64,000 bases of DNA from Synechococcus sp. UW140. GTDB taxonomy: Bacteria; Cyanobacteriota; Cyanobacteriia; PCC-6307; Cyanobiaceae. Position 1 is the first letter of the stretch; each line of letters opens with the position of its first letter. The notes under the pieces are model-generated. The model worked only from the letters and a program-made list of their open reading frames with translations, was not told where the DNA came from and ran no database searches. This document shows, piece after piece, positions 60,598 through 64,000 of the stretch. A program made the translations under genes and the position numbers. The DNA is taken from contig CAMAVE010000002.1 in NCBI GenBank assembly GCA_945861595.1, positions 8,946-72,945 on the forward strand. The letters run 5' to 3'.

Positions 60598-61164
60598 ATG
60601 GTGATGGGTCCCCCTCCCGGCCGATTGACCGTGATCACCGGCCCCAGCGGAGTGGGCAAGGGCACCCTGGTGGCGGCCCTGCGCCAACGCCAGCCTGCGA
60701 TCTGGCTCTCGATCTCAGCCACCACCCGTTCGCCCCGCAGCGGCGAACGGGATCGGGAGCACTATTTCTTCCTCAGCCGCGAGGACTTCGACGAACGCGT
60801 CGCTGCTGGCGGCCTGCTCGAGTGGGCCGAATTCGCGGGCCATTGCTACGGCACGCCGCGCCAGCCGGTGCAGGAGCAGCTTGATGGGGGCCGGCCGGTG
60901 CTGCTGGAGATCGAACTGGAGGGGGCGCGCCAGGTGCGGCGCAGCTTCCCGGAGGGCTTTCAGATCTTTATCAAGCCCCCCTCCTTTGAGGAACTGGAGC
61001 GGCGGATCCGGGGCCGCGGCACCGACAGCGAAGAGGCCATCCACCGGCGACTGGAGCGGGCCCGGGTGGAGCTGGAGGCGGAAGGCGAATTTGATGCGGT
61101 CTTGGTGAATGGCGATCTCGATGCCGGGGTGGCCGAACTGGAACGGTTGATGGGCCTGGCCTAA
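60598..61164 (+). CDS. gmk: Guanylate kinase
   Basis: [15 protein letters not shown]-loop, [25 protein letters not shown] 60598; the track start at 60574 is TTG. Confidence 0.9.
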   Translation: MVMGPPPGRLTVITGPSGVGKGTLVAALRQRQPAIWLSISATTRSPRSGERDREHYFFLSREDFDERVAAGGLLEWAEFAGHCYGTPRQPVQEQLDGGRPVLLEIELEGARQVRRSFPEGFQIFIKPPSFEELERRIRGRGTDSEEAIHRRLERARVELEAEGEFDAVLVNGDLDAGVAELERLMGLA

Positions 61165-61254
61165 GCCGCCAAGTCATTTTTTGTAGACAGTTATTGTGGC
61201 TCGCCGGCCCTGATGGGTAGGTCGATCCCCATCGCCCTACAACCCGCACAGCCC

Positions 61255-61282
61255 ATAAAAAAGCGGCCCCCATGGGCCGCTT
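61255..61282 (-). terminator. Rho-independent terminator downstream of psaJ
   Basis: On the minus strand: 8-bp stem AGCGGCCC/GGGCCGCT (61262-61269 / 61274-61281), 4-nt loop, then TTTTTTAT. Lies 33 nt after the psaJ stop. Confidence 0.7.
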
Positions 61283-61313
61283 CATTGATGAATCCAGACT
61301 CGGGTTCTCAAGC

Positions 61314-61430
61314 TCAGAGCGGGTGGAAGAGCAGGTCAGGGAAGAAACGGTTGAATTCGATCAGGATGCCGGCCGTGACGCCGAACCAGATGGCGGCGAA
61401 CACCGGAGCGGTGGTCAGGAATTTTTTCAT
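61314..61430 (-). CDS. psaJ: Photosystem I reaction centre subunit IX
   Basis: Hand translation: [38 protein letters not shown] (38 aa). Directly downstream of psaF. Below the ORF-track cutoff. Confidence 0.9.
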   Translation of the reverse strand: MKKFLTTAPVFAAIWFGVTAGILIEFNRFFPDLLFHPL

Positions 61431-61510
61431 GACGGAAAGCCGAAACGGTTAGGGAAGCTTTTGCTGCCTAGCACCTGGCCAGGCAGCCATTGGTTGAGCT
61501 GAATTTCAGA

Positions 61511-61990
61511 TCAGCGGGGCGAAATGGTGACCTTGCTGTCGGCCTCTGTGAGCTTGCCGCTGGTGAGCTCACCGAAGGCGGCCAGGGGCCAGGTGGCTGC
61601 AGCCAGGGTGCTCTTGAAGGCCAGGGGCAGATCGATCTGGATCTCTTTCATCGTGGCGTCCTTATCACCGCGCACGGCCTGGAGATAGCCCCGGCCGGCC
61701 CAGCCGATCGTGCCAGCGATGTAGAGGAAGGCAATGCCAGGGATGACGAAGTCACCGGCATGGCTCCAGCGGCCATCCACGATCAGGTGGGGCAGGCCAT
61801 CGGCGCCACACACAGCCTGGCTGTACATGGCAAAGCGGGCCTTGGCCTGGTCGGTTTTGGCTGCCGAGGCGCGCTGCTGGAAGCGGGCGCTCTGGGAGCA
61901 GGGGGTCAGGCCTGCCACATCAGCCTTCGCCACGGGGGCGAAGCCGAAGATCAGCAGGGCGGAAATCAGGACGGCGAAGAGGCGGCGCAT
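61511..61990 (-). CDS. psaF: Photosystem I reaction centre subunit III
   Basis: Signal peptide, then [18 protein letters not shown] and the TM segment [21 protein letters not shown]. Confidence 0.9.
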   Translation of the reverse strand: MRRLFAVLISALLIFGFAPVAKADVAGLTPCSQSARFQQRASAAKTDQAKARFAMYSQAVCGADGLPHLIVDGRWSHAGDFVIPGIAFLYIAGTIGWAGRGYLQAVRGDKDATMKEIQIDLPLAFKSTLAAATWPLAAFGELTSGKLTEADSKVTISPR

Positions 61991-62136
61991 CGGCTGCGGG
62001 TCTGGCGGTGCTCTTGGGGTGTCCAGCCAGGGCCGGACGGTGGTCTCTTACCAAGGCAGAAGCCTGGGCTAGAAACAGGTCTCTCCTGCCGGGGCAGGAT
62101 GTCTCTTGCGGAGATTACGGGAGTTCCCCAGACACG

Positions 62137-63204
62137 ATGCCCACGGTTCTGGCCCTCGAAACAAGTTGTGACGAGTCGGCGGCGGCCGTGGTGCGCGATC
62201 AACGCCCCCTGGCCAGCGCCGTGGCCAGCCAAATGGAAGAGCACGCCCGCTTTGGAGGCGTGGTGCCGGAAATTGCCTCCCGCCGCCATGTCGAAGCCCT
62301 GCCCCAGCTGATCGACCAGGTGATGGCCGAAAGCGGCCTGGGCTTCGCCGACCTCGATGGGATTGCCGCCACCGTGACCCCGGGCCTGGTGGGCGCCCTG
62401 CTGGTGGGCTCGGTCACCGCCCGCACCCTGGCCCGCCTGCACGGGCTTCCCTTCCTCGGGGTGCACCACCTGGAGGGGCACCTCTGCTCGGTGCACCTGG
62501 GCGAGCCCCTGCCGCCGGGTCCCTTCCTGGTGTTGCTGGTGAGTGGCGGCCACAGCGAACTGATCCGGGTCGATGGGCCAGGCGCCTACAGCCGCCTGGC
62601 CCGCAGCCGCGATGACGCCGCCGGCGAAGCCTTTGACAAGGTGGCCCGCCTGCTGCAGTTGGGCTATCCCGGCGGCCCGGCGATCCAGGCGGCCGCCGCC
62701 GGCGGCCAGGCCGATCGCTTCCCCCTGCCGAAGGGTCGGGTGTCCCTGCCGAGCGGGGGCTTCCATCCCTACGACTTCAGCTTCAGCGGCCTCAAGACCG
62801 CCATGGTGCGCCTGGTGGCCGAGCAGCAACGCCAGGCCGATGGGGCCGGCACGGCCCTGCCGGTGGCCGACCTGGCCGCCAGCTTCGAGCAGGTGGTGGC
62901 GGAGGTGCTGGTGGAGCGCAGCTGCCGCTGCGCCAAGGACCAGGGGCTGAAAACGCTCGTGCTGGTGGGCGGGGTGGCGGCCAACCGGCGCCTGCGCAAC
63001 CTGCTGGAGGCCCGCTGCCAGAGCCTGGGCCTGGAGTGGCGCGCCGCCCCCCTGGCCTACTGCACCGACAACGCCGCCATGGTTGGCGTCGCCGCCGAGC
63101 AGAGGCTCTTCGCTGGCGGCCAAAGCGCCATCGAGCTCGCCGTAGCGCCGCGCTGGCCCCTTGAGGACGCCCTGGCCCTTTACGACCGTCAGAACCCCTT
63201 CTGA
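62137..63204 (+). CDS. tsaD: tRNA N6-adenosine threonylcarbamoyltransferase
   Basis: [50 protein letters not shown] 62137. Confidence 0.9.
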   Translation: MPTVLALETSCDESAAAVVRDQRPLASAVASQMEEHARFGGVVPEIASRRHVEALPQLIDQVMAESGLGFADLDGIAATVTPGLVGALLVGSVTARTLARLHGLPFLGVHHLEGHLCSVHLGEPLPPGPFLVLLVSGGHSELIRVDGPGAYSRLARSRDDAAGEAFDKVARLLQLGYPGGPAIQAAAAGGQADRFPLPKGRVSLPSGGFHPYDFSFSGLKTAMVRLVAEQQRQADGAGTALPVADLAASFEQVVAEVLVERSCRCAKDQGLKTLVLVGGVAANRRLRNLLEARCQSLGLEWRAAPLAYCTDNAAMVGVAAEQRLFAGGQSAIELAVAPRWPLEDALALYDRQNPF

Positions 63205-63240
63205 AACTTCTAGGCTGGCTTGAACCCCGCGGTCGCTGCC

Positions 63241-63480
63241 ATGGCCCCAGCACCCAACTCCCAGGCCCAACTCGAGTCGGAACTTGACTCTGGCCTGGAC
63301 TCGACCCTGCCGGGCGGCATCGAAATCATTGAGGTGGGCCCCGAAGAAATCAACGCCTGGAAGCGCGGTTTCACCCCCCAGGCCGAGATCTGGAATGGCC
63401 GCCTGGCCATGCTCGGCCTGTCCATTGGCCTAGGAGTGCTCCTCTTCGGTCGGCTGCTGGCCTCACTGACGGCCGCGTAG
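63241..63480 (+). CDS. hli: High-light-inducible (CAB/ELIP/HLIP family) protein
   Basis: The chlorophyll-binding helix motif AEIWNGRLAMLGLSIGLGVLL. ATG 63241; the track start at 63220 is TTG. Confidence 0.8.
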   Translation: MAPAPNSQAQLESELDSGLDSTLPGGIEIIEVGPEEINAWKRGFTPQAEIWNGRLAMLGLSIGLGVLLFGRLLASLTAA

Positions 63481-64000
63481 GGCCTGCTTGAGCTCCGCCG
63501 GCTTGAGGCTCTGGGCTAGGGCGTCGGCTGTTTCAATCAGGCCCTCTTGGGCCATCTTCAAGAGGGCCTGATTACTTGTTTGCATGCCCTCGAAACCACT
63601 GCGCTCCATAATCTGCTCAATGGCATCCAACTGCCCTTTCTGAATGTAATCCTTGCAAGCATCATTGTTGATCAAGATGTCATGAAAGGCTGTTCTTTTC
63701 CCATCCGTTGTCTTAATCAGCCCCTGGGCAACAATCCCCAGCATCGAATCGGATAGGCCCCGGCGCACCGCCTCCTGTTCCGATGGCGGGAACATGCCAA
63801 GCACCCTTTCGACAGTGCGCACGGCCGAGTTTGTGTGCATGGTGCCAAAAACGAGATGGCCGGTTTGATTGGCTTGGATGGCAGTTGCCAGGGTTTCCTG
63901 GTCCCGGATTTCACCGATTAAAATCACGTCGGGATCTTCCCTGAGGGCGGATCGCAAGGCCGCGTTGAAAGATCGGCTGTTCAAGCCAACTTCGCGATGG
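63463..64000 (-). CDS. pilT: Type IV pilus retraction ATPase PilT/PilU-like, C-terminal part; the 5' end lies outside the window
   Basis: PDVILIGEIRDQETLATAIQANQTGHLVFGTMHTNSAVRTVERV and IVAQGLI. A sampled line (63601-63660) counts 29/60 GC, well below the window norm. Confidence 0.8.
   Translation of the reverse strand, partial: HREVGLNSRSFNAALRSALREDPDVILIGEIRDQETLATAIQANQTGHLVFGTMHTNSAVRTVERVLGMFPPSEQEAVRRGLSDSMLGIVAQGLIKTTDGKRTAFHDILINNDACKDYIQKGQLDAIEQIMERSGFEGMQTSNQALLKMAQEGLIETADALAQSLKPAELKQALRGRQ

Noticed and set aside
61966-63270. 434-aa ORF on the minus strand
   Set aside because: It is antisense to tsaD, an artefact.

Overview
The window looks like chromosomal core genome of a high-GC picocyanobacterium (Cyanobium / Synechococcus cluster 5 type). 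Evidence for that assignment: psaF-psaJ, petC-petA, ndhB, ctaCDE plus ctaAB, vipp1, an Hli protein, ycf46, and at least 8 copies of the cyanobacterial HIP1 octamer GCGATCGC seen by eye.

I call about 67 protein genes, tightly packed, many with 1-4 nt start/stop overlaps. Two of them are below the 60-aa ORF-track cutoff and were read directly from the DNA (rpmH, psaJ). There is one tRNA, tRNA-Val(CAC). I found no rRNA, CRISPR array, transposase/IS, prophage genes or recognisable defence system.

Most long ORFs on the strand opposite clear genes are high-GC artefacts. The ORF track uses ATG, GTG and TTG as starts, so several listed N-termini are over-extended; I give preferred starts where a conserved N-terminus or a start/stop overlap supports them.

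I did not find a convincing complete novel multi-gene system. The least ordinary parts are:
- A low-GC islet at about 2.16-3.72 kb. It carries a bestrophin/DUF4239-like membrane protein flanked by ORF-free, palindrome-rich DNA. A sampled 60-nt line counts 48% GC against 68% in a flanking line.
- A 412-nt ORF-free spacer (3308-3719) that may hold operators and/or a structured RNA.
- A tandem 30-bp repeat with four TTGNANCGCG sites upstream of vipp1.
- A cluster of three hairpins/palindromes in the divergent cta promoter region.
- A truncated CHAT-domain gene at the left edge.
- A low-GC pilT-like gene running off the right edge.

All functional calls come from motif recognition by eye. No database search or computation was run.
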